Below are positions 40,492 to 49,709 of a DNA stretch of 64,000 bases, one piece after another. Below the pieces are notes generated by a model. That model saw only the letters and a program-made list of their open reading frames with translations, did no database searches and had not been told where the DNA came from. The number at the start of each line of letters is the position of its first letter. Position 1 is the first letter of the stretch. Origin of the DNA: an uncultured Acidobacteriota bacterium (GTDB lineage: Bacteria; Acidobacteriota; Vicinamibacteria; Fen-336); contig CAVOPG010000004.1 in NCBI GenBank assembly GCA_963697835.1, positions 84,616-148,615 on the forward strand, written 5' to 3'. Position numbers and translations under genes: made by a program.

Positions 40492-40521
40492 TTGACCTCG
40501 CCTCGGGAACGAGCATAGTGT
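40492..40521 (+). promoter_or_regulatory. sigma70-like promoter giving a leaderless transcript for gene 40528
   Basis: TTGACC (40492-40497), an 18-nt spacer, then TAGTGT (40516-40521). The ATG is 6 nt downstream and there is no SD. Confidence 0.35.
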
Positions 40522-40527
40522 CCTCGC

Positions 40528-41637
40528 ATGGAGAACGAGGGGGAAGGCCGACGGGCGTTCGTCAAGGCGGTCGCCGGTCTGGCCGCAGTCTCGGCCTGGC
40601 CGGCGGGGGCCTTCGCGTCGAGCCGGATCAAGTTCGCCGTGATCGGCCTCAATCACGGCCACATCTACGGCCAGACCGAGGCGGTCATCCGGGGAGGCGG
40701 CGAGCTCGTCTCCTTCTTCGCTCCGGAAGACGACCTCGCCGCCGAATACGCCAAGCGCTTCCCGCAGGCGAAGCGGGCACGCGAGGAGCGCGAGATCCTG
40801 GAGGACCCGTCGCTGAAGCTCGTGCTGAGCGCGGCGATCGCCAGCGAGCGCGCGCCGCTCGGCGTGCGCGTCATGCGCCACGGCAAGGACTTCATGGCGG
40901 ACAAGCCGGGCGTCACGACCCTCGAGCAGCTCGCCGAGGTGCGGAAGGTCCAGGCGGAGACGAAGCGCATCTACTCGATCTGCTTCAGCGAGCGCCTCGA
41001 GAACCGCGCCACGGTGAAGGCGGGCGATCTCGTGAAGGCGGGGGCGATCGGCGACGTGATCCAGACGATCGGCCTCGGACCCCACCGCCTGAACGCCCCG
41101 ACCCGACCGGCCTGGTTCTTCGAGCGGGAGAAGTACGGCGGGATCCTGTGCGACATCGCTTCCCACCAGTTCGACCAGTTCCTGTTCTTCACCAGGTCGA
41201 CGAAGGCGGAGGTGGTGGCGGCGCAGGTGGGGAACGTCCACCACCCGCAGTACCCGGGCCTCGAGGACTTCGGCGACGTGATGTTGCGCGGCGACCGCGG
41301 GGCGGGCTACATCCGCGTGGACTGGTTCACTCCCGACGGCCTCGCCACCTGGGGCGACGGTCGGCTCACGATCCTGGGCACCGACGGGTTCATCGAGATC
41401 CGCAAGAACATCGACCTCGGCGGGCCTCGCGAGGGCGGCAGCCATCTCTTCCTCGTGGACGCGAAGGAAACCCGCTACGTGGACTGCCGCGACCAGGCGC
41501 TGCCGTACGGGGAGCAGCTCGTCTCGGACGTCCTCGACCGGACCGAGACCGCGATGTCGCAGGCGCACTGCTTCCTCGCGACCGAGCTCGCGCTCACCGC
41601 CCAGAAGTTGGCCCGGCGGGTGAGCTTCGCCGCGTGA
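40528..41637 (+). CDS. Gfo/Idh/MocA-family oxidoreductase with an N-terminal export-like signal
   Basis: The Rossmann N-terminus is KFAVIGLNHGHIYGQ, preceded by RRAFVKAVAGLAAVSAWPAGAFA. Confidence 0.7.
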   Translation: MENEGEGRRAFVKAVAGLAAVSAWPAGAFASSRIKFAVIGLNHGHIYGQTEAVIRGGGELVSFFAPEDDLAAEYAKRFPQAKRAREEREILEDPSLKLVLSAAIASERAPLGVRVMRHGKDFMADKPGVTTLEQLAEVRKVQAETKRIYSICFSERLENRATVKAGDLVKAGAIGDVIQTIGLGPHRLNAPTRPAWFFEREKYGGILCDIASHQFDQFLFFTRSTKAEVVAAQVGNVHHPQYPGLEDFGDVMLRGDRGAGYIRVDWFTPDGLATWGDGRLTILGTDGFIEIRKNIDLGGPREGGSHLFLVDAKETRYVDCRDQALPYGEQLVSDVLDRTETAMSQAHCFLATELALTAQKLARRVSFAA

Positions 41638-41689
41638 GCGCCGCCACGACGGACCCTTGTCCGGGGCTTCGATCACGGAGGAGCGGACC

Positions 41690-43081
41690 ATGACGACGAG
41701 GACCGAGATCTCGCGCCGGAAGGCGCTCAAGGTGGCGGCGGGGGGGATGGGCGCGACGTCGATTCTCGCCGCCGGCTTCCCGGCGGTCGTTCCCGCGTCG
41801 GTCTTCGGGGCCACGGCTCCCAGCAACCGCGTCAACGTCGGCGCAATCGGCACCGGGCGAATCTCGCGGACGCACGACATGCCCGGCGTCTGGCAGTACG
41901 ACACGGCCCAGATCGTCGCGGTCTGCGACCTCGACGGCCGCCGAATGGAGGACGCGAAGGTCCTCGTGAACGGCTACTACGCGAAGAAGACGGGGAAGCC
42001 CTTCGACGGCGTCAAGGGCTACCTCGACTACAAGGAGCTGCTCCAGAGCCGGGACGTGGATGCCGTCCTGATCAGCACCCCGGACCACTGGCACGCGCTC
42101 ATCGCGATCACGGCGGTCGAAGCCGGCAAGGACGTCTACCTGCAGAAGCCCACCTCGCTCACCATCGCCGAGGGCCGAGCCCTCTCCGACGCGGTCCACC
42201 GCACGGGACGCATCTTCCAGATCGGCAGCCAGCAGCGATCCTCGCCCCAGTTCCGCTACGCGGCCGAGCTCGTGCGCAACGGGCGCATCGGCCGGCTGAA
42301 GACGGTCTACGTCGGCCTGCCCGGCGATCCCTCGGGCGACGAAGAGCCGGAGATGCCGATCCCGAAGGGCCTGAACTACGAGATGTGGCTGGGCTCGACC
42401 CCGTACGTCTACTACACCGAGACGCGCGTCCACCCGCAGGAAGGCTACGACCGGCCGGGCTGGCTGCGGTGCGAGCAGTTCGGGGCCGGCATGATCACCG
42501 GCTGGGGGGCCCACCACGTGGACTCCGCCCACTGGGGCATGGGGACGGAGTACACGGGGCCGGTCGAGATCTCGGGCTCCGCGGAGTTCCCGAAGAGGGG
42601 CCTCTGGAACGTGCACGGTCCATTCAAGACCGAGGCCCTCTACGCGGACGGCGTGCGCATGGTCATCAGCGGCGACTTCCCGAACGGCATCAAGTTCGAG
42701 GGGACCGAGGGCTGGGTGTTCGTCTCCCGCGGCAACGAGTCGGTGACCGCGAGCGACCCGGTGGCGAAGCTGAAGGACGCCCAGGCCCTGTCCGCCAGCG
42801 ATCCGAAGATCATCGCGTCGGTCATCGGGCCCGACGAGATCCACCTCTACGAGAGCAAGGAGCACCACGGCAACTGGCTGGACTGCGTGCGGTCCCGGGC
42901 CACGCCCATCGCGCCGGTGGAGGTCGCGCACCGCTCGTGCTCCGCCTGCCTCCTCCACCACATGGCGATGAAGACGAGAAGGAAGCTCTACTGGGACCCG
43001 CTCCGGGAGCGCTTCAAGAACGACGACGAGGCCAACGCCATGGTGTCGCGCCCCCAGCGCTGGCCCTACGGCATCGGCTAG
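41690..43081 (+). CDS. Gfo/Idh/MocA-family oxidoreductase with a twin-arginine signal (GH109-like architecture)
   Basis: GGAGGAG precedes ATG 41690. The TAT motif is SRRKALKVAAGGMGA. Other motifs are VNVGAIGTGRISRTHD and STPDHWHA. Confidence 0.75.
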   Translation: MTTRTEISRRKALKVAAGGMGATSILAAGFPAVVPASVFGATAPSNRVNVGAIGTGRISRTHDMPGVWQYDTAQIVAVCDLDGRRMEDAKVLVNGYYAKKTGKPFDGVKGYLDYKELLQSRDVDAVLISTPDHWHALIAITAVEAGKDVYLQKPTSLTIAEGRALSDAVHRTGRIFQIGSQQRSSPQFRYAAELVRNGRIGRLKTVYVGLPGDPSGDEEPEMPIPKGLNYEMWLGSTPYVYYTETRVHPQEGYDRPGWLRCEQFGAGMITGWGAHHVDSAHWGMGTEYTGPVEISGSAEFPKRGLWNVHGPFKTEALYADGVRMVISGDFPNGIKFEGTEGWVFVSRGNESVTASDPVAKLKDAQALSASDPKIIASVIGPDEIHLYESKEHHGNWLDCVRSRATPIAPVEVAHRSCSACLLHHMAMKTRRKLYWDPLRERFKNDDEANAMVSRPQRWPYGIG

Positions 43082-43153
43082 AGCCGCTCGGTGGTGAACA
43101 TCCGCCGCGTCTCCTGGGTCATGAAGCGGCGCTCGAAGAGGCGATAGGTCACG

Positions 43154-45694
43154 TCACGGGACAGTGACGGTGGCCGTGGGGCCCTTGCGGCCCGTCGTGT
43201 CGAAGGCGGCCACGCGCACGACGCGCCCGAGCGGGATCGGTCCCTTGACCTCGGGGCTCTTCACGCTGGGCTCGCTGCCGTCCGTGGTGTAGCGCAGGAC
43301 GAAGCCCGGTATCTCGAGGCGGCAGCGCACCTGGCCGTCGACCGTCTTCAGGCCGGGCTTGGGGATGCGATAGCCGTACCTCTCCCGGTCCAGCCGGGGC
43401 AGCTCCCGCTTCCCGAGGACGTTGACGAACTCGGACCAGGCGTCACGGAAGAGCGTCGCCGACTTGGGCTCGTCGCTCTCCCGGGCCCACGCCGGGTCTT
43501 CGGCCCAGGCCCGTTCGGCCAGGCCGAAGAGCTTCGGCACCAGCTTGTAGTCCAGGCGTCCGTCGGCGCTCAGGGTCTCGGACCACAGGTTGCCCTGGAT
43601 CCCCAGGACGTTCGATCGACCGTAGTCCGTCAGGCGGTCCTTTCCGACGAAGAGGGCACGGTCGAGGGGATTGCCCCGTTGGTCCAGGCGGACGTTGCGG
43701 TAGTAGTTGAAGGGGATGAACTCGAACGGCTTCTTGAGGTCGACGTAGCCGCCCCAATCGAGGCCGGGCTCCTCCGGGTTCTGGTTCCAGGCCAGGTCGA
43801 AGTACAGGTTGCTCACGGGACACAGGACCACCTTGTAGCCGCCGTTCGCGAGCCGGTAGGCCAGGTCTTCGGCGCCACCGCCGGGGACGTTGTTCCAGAC
43901 GTACGCGCGCCAGCCCCGGTCGGCGAAGCCAGGGTTGGGGATGAGCTTCGCCTTGCCGTCGAGCCGCGTCTTCCGCACGCCGATCTCCTCCCAGCCCGAG
44001 AGGGGGATGCCGTGCGCCTTCAGGATCTCCGCCGCCCGCCCGTAGAAGAGGAACCAGAAGTCGTCGACGCTGCCCAGGCCGTGCTCCTTCATGTAGGCCC
44101 GCACGGCGGGCGACCCCTCCCAGACGCCGCCGGGAACCTCGTCTCCTCCCATGTGGAGGTTGCGCAGGGGCACGCCCGCTTCCCGATGGAGCTCCACGAG
44201 GTCCTGCACCACCCGCTCGACGAAGGCGTACGTGGAGGGAAGGGCCGGGTTCATCACGTTGTCGTGGTAGAGCTGCGCCGAGGTGTACGAGGAGCGATCC
44301 TCGGGGTCGCTCAGGAGGAAGCGCTTCGCCCCTTCCGTGTCCCCGGCCTGGCTTAGCGCCCGGAAGCGGGCCTCCATCGCCTTGATCGCGGCCCGGGCGT
44401 GACCCGGCATCTCCAGCTCGGGGATCACCTCGATGTGCCGCGCGGCGGCGTATCTGAGGATCTCGCCGTAGTCGGCCACGGACAGGAACCCGCTCCCGTA
44501 GGGCCGGTCCACGTCCGGGCCGGAGCCATAGGCCGGCGGCAGGAAGCGGCTCGAATCGAGGGTGTGCCCGCGCCGGGAGCCCACCGAGGTCAGCTCGGGG
44601 AGGCTCGGGATCTCCACGCGCCAGCCTTCGTCGTCCGTGAGGTGGAAGTGGAAGACGTTGAGCTTGTAGCGCGCCAGGAGATCCAGCGTCCGGAGCACCG
44701 ACGCCTTGGGCTGGAAGTTGCGCGCGACGTCGAGGAAGAACCCGCGGTATCCGAAGCGCGGCGCGTCCACGATCGTCATCGCGGGGAACGCCAGGCCCCT
44801 TGCCGGGGTGGCAACCACAGGCAGCAGGCACCGCAACGACTGGAGGCCGTAGAAGACGCCGGCGGGCGCCTTGCCCCGGATGCGGATGCCTTCCCGGGGA
44901 TCGACCACGAGCTCGTAGGCCTCGGGCGAGCTCTGGCCCTCGACCGCGCCGGTCTCGAGACGCAGCGTGGGCGCACTTACCTTCGCCGCGGGTTTCGCGA
45001 GGTACGGACGCAGGTATTCGATGGCGAAGGCGGCCTCCGCCTGCAGCTCCGGTGGCGCCGACACGGCCGGCAGGGCCTCGAAGCGCAGCTCTCCCTCCCG
45101 CTTCCGTAGCGACAGCGGGGTCGGGAAGACGGGAGGCAGGGCCGAGAGGGGGATGTCGCGAACCGCCTCGTCGAGCGCGTACTGGGCCTGGGGCGTCACC
45201 ACGCGAGGATCCCGGCCCTGCTGGGGAGGGCGCTCGAACGGGACCGCGACGTAGTCCACGAGCGGGAGTCCCCGGGCCGGTGCTTCGTCGAAGACGACGT
45301 AGGGGCCCGTCGGAGCGAAGCTGATGTTGACGAGAAGGGGCGTCAGGTACTCGAACCGGACGGTCTTCCCCGGCGCCACCCCCGGGAAGCCGGCGCCGGG
45401 AACGATCCGCTGCAAGTCGCCGGTGACGCGCTCGATTACGACCCCGCCCTCCACGGTTCCCGGCAGGGGCTCGTGCATGGCACTGAAGTAGATGGCCCAG
45501 CCGCGGCCGGCCAGGGGGGTGGCGGCCCGATTGGTGAGCGTGAAGGCAGCCCGCGAGGCCCCCTCGTCACTCGCTCCGCGAAAGACGTCCTCCTTCAACT
45601 CCCATTTGAGCTGAAGCGCGGTCTGGGCCGAGCCCGGCGAGGCCGTGAGAGCCAGGAGGATCATGGCGGATAGAGTCTGTCGCATGGTCTGCAT
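43154..45694 (-). CDS. GH20 beta-N-acetylhexosaminidase, secreted
   Basis: Motifs are HFHLTDDEGWR, EMPGHARAA and HMGGDEVP (catalytic D-E). A signal peptide is present. The start could also be 45685 or 45721 (TTG). Confidence 0.85.
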   Translation of the reverse strand: MQTMRQTLSAMILLALTASPGSAQTALQLKWELKEDVFRGASDEGASRAAFTLTNRAATPLAGRGWAIYFSAMHEPLPGTVEGGVVIERVTGDLQRIVPGAGFPGVAPGKTVRFEYLTPLLVNISFAPTGPYVVFDEAPARGLPLVDYVAVPFERPPQQGRDPRVVTPQAQYALDEAVRDIPLSALPPVFPTPLSLRKREGELRFEALPAVSAPPELQAEAAFAIEYLRPYLAKPAAKVSAPTLRLETGAVEGQSSPEAYELVVDPREGIRIRGKAPAGVFYGLQSLRCLLPVVATPARGLAFPAMTIVDAPRFGYRGFFLDVARNFQPKASVLRTLDLLARYKLNVFHFHLTDDEGWRVEIPSLPELTSVGSRRGHTLDSSRFLPPAYGSGPDVDRPYGSGFLSVADYGEILRYAAARHIEVIPELEMPGHARAAIKAMEARFRALSQAGDTEGAKRFLLSDPEDRSSYTSAQLYHDNVMNPALPSTYAFVERVVQDLVELHREAGVPLRNLHMGGDEVPGGVWEGSPAVRAYMKEHGLGSVDDFWFLFYGRAAEILKAHGIPLSGWEEIGVRKTRLDGKAKLIPNPGFADRGWRAYVWNNVPGGGAEDLAYRLANGGYKVVLCPVSNLYFDLAWNQNPEEPGLDWGGYVDLKKPFEFIPFNYYRNVRLDQRGNPLDRALFVGKDRLTDYGRSNVLGIQGNLWSETLSADGRLDYKLVPKLFGLAERAWAEDPAWARESDEPKSATLFRDAWSEFVNVLGKRELPRLDRERYGYRIPKPGLKTVDGQVRCRLEIPGFVLRYTTDGSEPSVKSPEVKGPIPLGRVVRVAAFDTTGRKGPTATVTVP

Positions 45695-45831
45695 TTGACA
45701 CCTGCGGCGCTCCCGTTTCAAAGGCCCTCGACGCGACGAGTCGGCGCCGGGGTGATTGCACTCTGATTCGAATCTGGTCTAGCGTTGCGTGTGACCGAAG
45801 GGCTGGATCGATCGAATCAGGGGAGGTCGGC

Positions 45832-47457
45832 ATGGGCGTCGTCTTCGCTGCATTGTTGGTCGCGCTCTCGCCCGCAGGCGGAGCCTACGGACAAGAGGCG
45901 CCATCGGGGACGGATGCGTGCAAGGGCGTCGCGCGAATCGAGCTGCCGGACGCGAAGATCGTGTCGGCCGGGACGGTTCCCGCCGGAGCTTTCACGCCGC
46001 CGGCGAACATGACTCCGTGGCTGGTGGGCGATCCCTCCTTCTACAAGACGCTGGCCGCGTTCTGCCGCGTCGTCGTGAGAGCGACGCCCAGCGCGGATTC
46101 CAACATCCAGATCGAAGTGTGGATGCCGCTGGAGAGCTGGAATGGGAAGTTCCGGGGCCAGGGCAACGGAGGGTTTGCCGGGGAGATCGGCTTTCGCTCG
46201 ATGGGGGCTGCCGTGGCCCAGGGGTACGCGACGGCGGGAACGAACACGGGTCACTCCGGAGGAGCGACGGATGCGAGCTGGGCGCTCGGTCATCCGGAGA
46301 GCGTGACCGACTTCGGGTACCGCGGGATCCACTCGATGACCCAGATCGCCGGCGCGGCGATCAAGGCGTTCTACGGCAAGGGTCCGGAGCATTCCTATTT
46401 TGCGAGCTGCTCGAACGGGGGGCGGCAGGCGTTGATGGAGGCGCAGCGCTTTCCCGGGGACTACGACGGCATCCTCGCGGGGGCACCAGCCAACTTCTGG
46501 ACGCACCTGCTGACGAAGGCGGTCGCGGACGCGCAGGCGACAACCCTCGATCCGGCGAGCTACATCCCCGCCAGCAAGCTCCCGGCGATCGCGAAGGCGG
46601 TGAATGCCGCGTGCGATGCCCAGGACGGCGTGACCGACGGAGTGGTGAACGACCCGAGGCGATGCCGCTTCGATGCGGCGACACTCCTCTGCCAGGAACG
46701 CGATTCGGACGCGTGCCTGACGGCGCCGCAGGTGACGGCCCTCAAGAAGCTGTACGAGGGGCCCCACGACTCGCGCGGGCACGAGATCTTCCCGGGATAC
46801 GTGCCGGGCGCCGAGGAAGGCGACGGGGGCTGGGGGCCGTGGATCACGGGCCCGGCGCCGGGCAAGAGCCTGCTGTTCGCTTTCGGCACCGGCTATTTCG
46901 CCAACATGGTCTACGAGCGAGCCGACTGGGACTACCGGACCGCGAACATCGAGCAGGCCCTGAAGGCGGCCGAGGAGAAGACGGCGCACAAGCTCGACGC
47001 GACGGACGCGAACCTGGCCGCCTTCAAGTCACGAGGGGGGAAGCTGGTTCTCTACCACGGCTGGAACGACCCGGCGATCTCGGCGCTGAACACGATCGGC
47101 TACTACGACAGCGTGGTGAGCCGGCTGGGACGGCCGGAGACGGATGCCTTCGTGCGGCTCTACATGGTCCCGGGGATGCAGCACTGCGGCGATGGCCCCG
47201 GCCCGAGCTCCTTCGGGCAGTCTGGCGCGGCGCCATCGAACGACCCTCGGCGCGACGTCTTGCTGGCGCTCGAGGAGTGGGTCGAGAAGGGCAGCGCCCC
47301 GTCCGTGATCGTCGCGACGAAGTACGTGAACGACGATCCAGCAAGGGGCGTGCAGACGACGAGGCCGCTCTGTCCCTATCCGCAGGTCGCAAGGTACAAG
47401 GGCCAAGGCGATCCCAACGACGCCGCCTCTTTCGTCTGCGCGCCAGCAAGTCAGTGA
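45832..47457 (+). CDS. tannase/feruloyl esterase family alpha/beta hydrolase, secreted
   Basis: Motifs are WNGKFRGQGNGGFAG, the nucleophile region YFASCSNGGRQ, and the C-terminal PLCPYPQVARYKGQGDPNDAASFVC. Confidence 0.8.
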   Translation: MGVVFAALLVALSPAGGAYGQEAPSGTDACKGVARIELPDAKIVSAGTVPAGAFTPPANMTPWLVGDPSFYKTLAAFCRVVVRATPSADSNIQIEVWMPLESWNGKFRGQGNGGFAGEIGFRSMGAAVAQGYATAGTNTGHSGGATDASWALGHPESVTDFGYRGIHSMTQIAGAAIKAFYGKGPEHSYFASCSNGGRQALMEAQRFPGDYDGILAGAPANFWTHLLTKAVADAQATTLDPASYIPASKLPAIAKAVNAACDAQDGVTDGVVNDPRRCRFDAATLLCQERDSDACLTAPQVTALKKLYEGPHDSRGHEIFPGYVPGAEEGDGGWGPWITGPAPGKSLLFAFGTGYFANMVYERADWDYRTANIEQALKAAEEKTAHKLDATDANLAAFKSRGGKLVLYHGWNDPAISALNTIGYYDSVVSRLGRPETDAFVRLYMVPGMQHCGDGPGPSSFGQSGAAPSNDPRRDVLLALEEWVEKGSAPSVIVATKYVNDDPARGVQTTRPLCPYPQVARYKGQGDPNDAASFVCAPASQ

Positions 47458-47466
47458 GGGCGGGGG

Positions 47467-49686
47467 TCAATCGACGAGGCTGAAGCCTCCCTTGAGGCGG
47501 ATGTCGCGCGAGGAGGCCCCGACGAGCACTTCGAAGGCGCCGGCCTCCGCGACCCAGTCCCCCTTGCCGGGGTCGAAGAACGACATGGCGGACGGGTCCA
47601 GAGTGAAGGTCAGGGTCCGGGTCTCGCCGGGCTGCAGCATCACGCGACGGAGTCCCTTCAGCTCCTTCTCCGGGCGAGCCAGGCTCGACTCCACGTCGTG
47701 AAGGTAGAGCTGGACCACTTCGGCCCCGGCACGGGTGCCGCTGTTCCGGACCTGCATGCTGATCTCCACCGTGCCCGCCCGCCTTCACCGTCGGCGTGCT
47801 GATCGTGAGGCCGCTGTATTCGAACGTCGTGTAGGAGAGCCCGTACCCGAACGGGAACAGCGGCTCCTCCTTGCGCGAACCCGCGGTAGCCGACGAAGAT
47901 GCCTTCCCCGTATGCGACGTGCAGGTCCTCGCCGGGATAGTGGCCGTAGGCCGTTCCGTCCTCGATCCGCCGGGGGAAGGTGACCGGGCAGCTTCCCGGA
48001 GGGGACGGCGATGCCGAAGAGCAGGTCGCCCACCGCGTGGCCCGCCTCCTGCCCGCCGTACCAGGCGTAGAGGACGGCCGGAACGTGCTCGATCCAGCGG
48101 GTCATGGCGATCGGTGCGCCGGCGGCGACCACCACCACGATGTTCCTGTTCACGGCCGCCACCGCTCCGACGAGATCGTCCTGGCCGGCCGGCAGGTCCA
48201 TCGAGGCCCGGTCGAAGCCCTCGGATTCCAGCCGGGACGAGTAGCCCAGCACCATCACCACCGCATCCGATCGGGCGGCCAGTGCCACGGCTTCATCGCG
48301 CGCGACTCGCGCCTCGGCGCCCGCGTCCTCGCCTTCCATCGCGACGCCCAGGGCGTAGCTCACTTCGATGCGGGCGCCCGCGGCCTCCTTGATGCCCGCG
48401 AGGGGCGTCACGGCGTCCTTCGGACGCACCAGGGAGCTGCCGCCACCACCCGTGCGCGCCACCGCGGCGCCAGGTCCGATGACCGCCAGGGAGCGGATCT
48501 TCGCCGAGTCGAGCGGGAGCAGGCGTCCCTCGTTCTTCAGCAGGACCATGCTCTCGGTGGCCGCCCGGCGCGCCACCGCGCGGTGCTCCGGCGTTTCCGC
48601 TTCCCCCCCGCCGGCGTGCGGGTGGTCGAAGAGTCCGGCCGTGAACATGACGCGCAGGATGCGGCGAACGCTTTCGTCCACCGCGCTCTGCTTCACCTCC
48701 CCCGAGGCGACGGCGGCCAGCACCTTCTCTTCGGTCAGCCATCCCCCGTCGTTGCCCGCCTTCCGCGTCGCCGGCCGGGCGAGCCAGCCGCGCATCCTCT
48801 CGCCGCCGGGCATCTCCAGGTCCATGCCGGCGTCGATGGTCCCGGCGGTGCTGTACGTGCTGCCCCAGTCGGAGATGACGAAGCCCTTGAAGCCCCAGCG
48901 CTTCCTGAGCGTCTCGGTGAGCAGGAACGGATTCTCGGCGCACCACTGGCCGTTCACCTTGTTGTAGGCCGACATCACGGCCCAGGCACCAGCCTCTTCC
49001 ACCGCCGCCCGGAAGGCCGGAAAGTAGATCTCGTTGAGCGTGCGGACGTCGATCTTCTCGTCGATGCGGTGGCGCTCGAACTCCTGGTTGTTGGCGGCGA
49101 AGTGCTTGACCGAGGGGATGACACCCTCGCCCTGAACGCCCCGGACGTAGGCGACGCCCATCCGTGCGGCCAGGTAGGGGTCCTCTCCGTAGCCCTCGAA
49201 GTTCCGGCCCCAGAGCGGCGTGCGGCTGATGTTCACCGTGGGCGCCAGGATCATGTCCCGCCCCAGCGCCTTCACCTGCTGCGCGATGACGCGGCCCTCG
49301 GCCTGGACCAGGTCGACGTCCCAGCTCGACGCCATTCCGATGCCCGCGGGAAAGGCCGTGGCGTAGACCGGGGCCGTAGCGGCCGCGCTCGTGACGGCGG
49401 ACGAGCCGGCCCAGTTGCGCACACCCATGGGGCCGTCCGCCATCTTGATGGCGGGAATGCCGAGGCGCTCGTTGGCGCAGCTCTCCATCCAGCCCGAGCC
49501 GGCCAGCATGCGCGCTTTCTCCCCGGGGGTCATGCGCCCCAGCAGATCCTCCGTGCGCTGTTCCGCGGTGAGCTGCGGGTTCTTGTAGGCCGGGGGCGAC
49601 GTGTCGCCGGGCGCCTGACCCGAGAGCGCGATCCCCGACAGGGTGAAGACGGCGACGAGGCCAAGGAGCTGAAACAAGCGAGTCAT
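47467..49686 (-). pseudogene. GH3 beta-glucosidase with three closely spaced frame breaks (~47780-47995)
   Basis: ATG 49686 follows GGAGGT and a signal peptide is present. The catalytic region is KGFVISDWGS. ORFs 47785..49956 and 47467..47769 are in the same frame. The conserved KLP/VTFPRRIEDGTAYGHYPGEDLHVAYGEGIFVGYRGFAQ/EEPLFPFGYGLSYTTFEYSGLTISTPTVKAGG/TVEISMQVRN runs through the two other frames between them. Confidence 0.8.
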
Positions 49687-49709
49687 CGTGACCTCCGTGG
49701 CGAGCCGTG

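Noticed and set aside
40396-41904. The upstream 500 codons of track ORF 40243..41904.
   Set aside because: They are antisense to the well-supported Gfo/Idh/MocA gene 40528..41637 and are low-complexity. Only the terminal 50-codon Cys-rich segment was kept.
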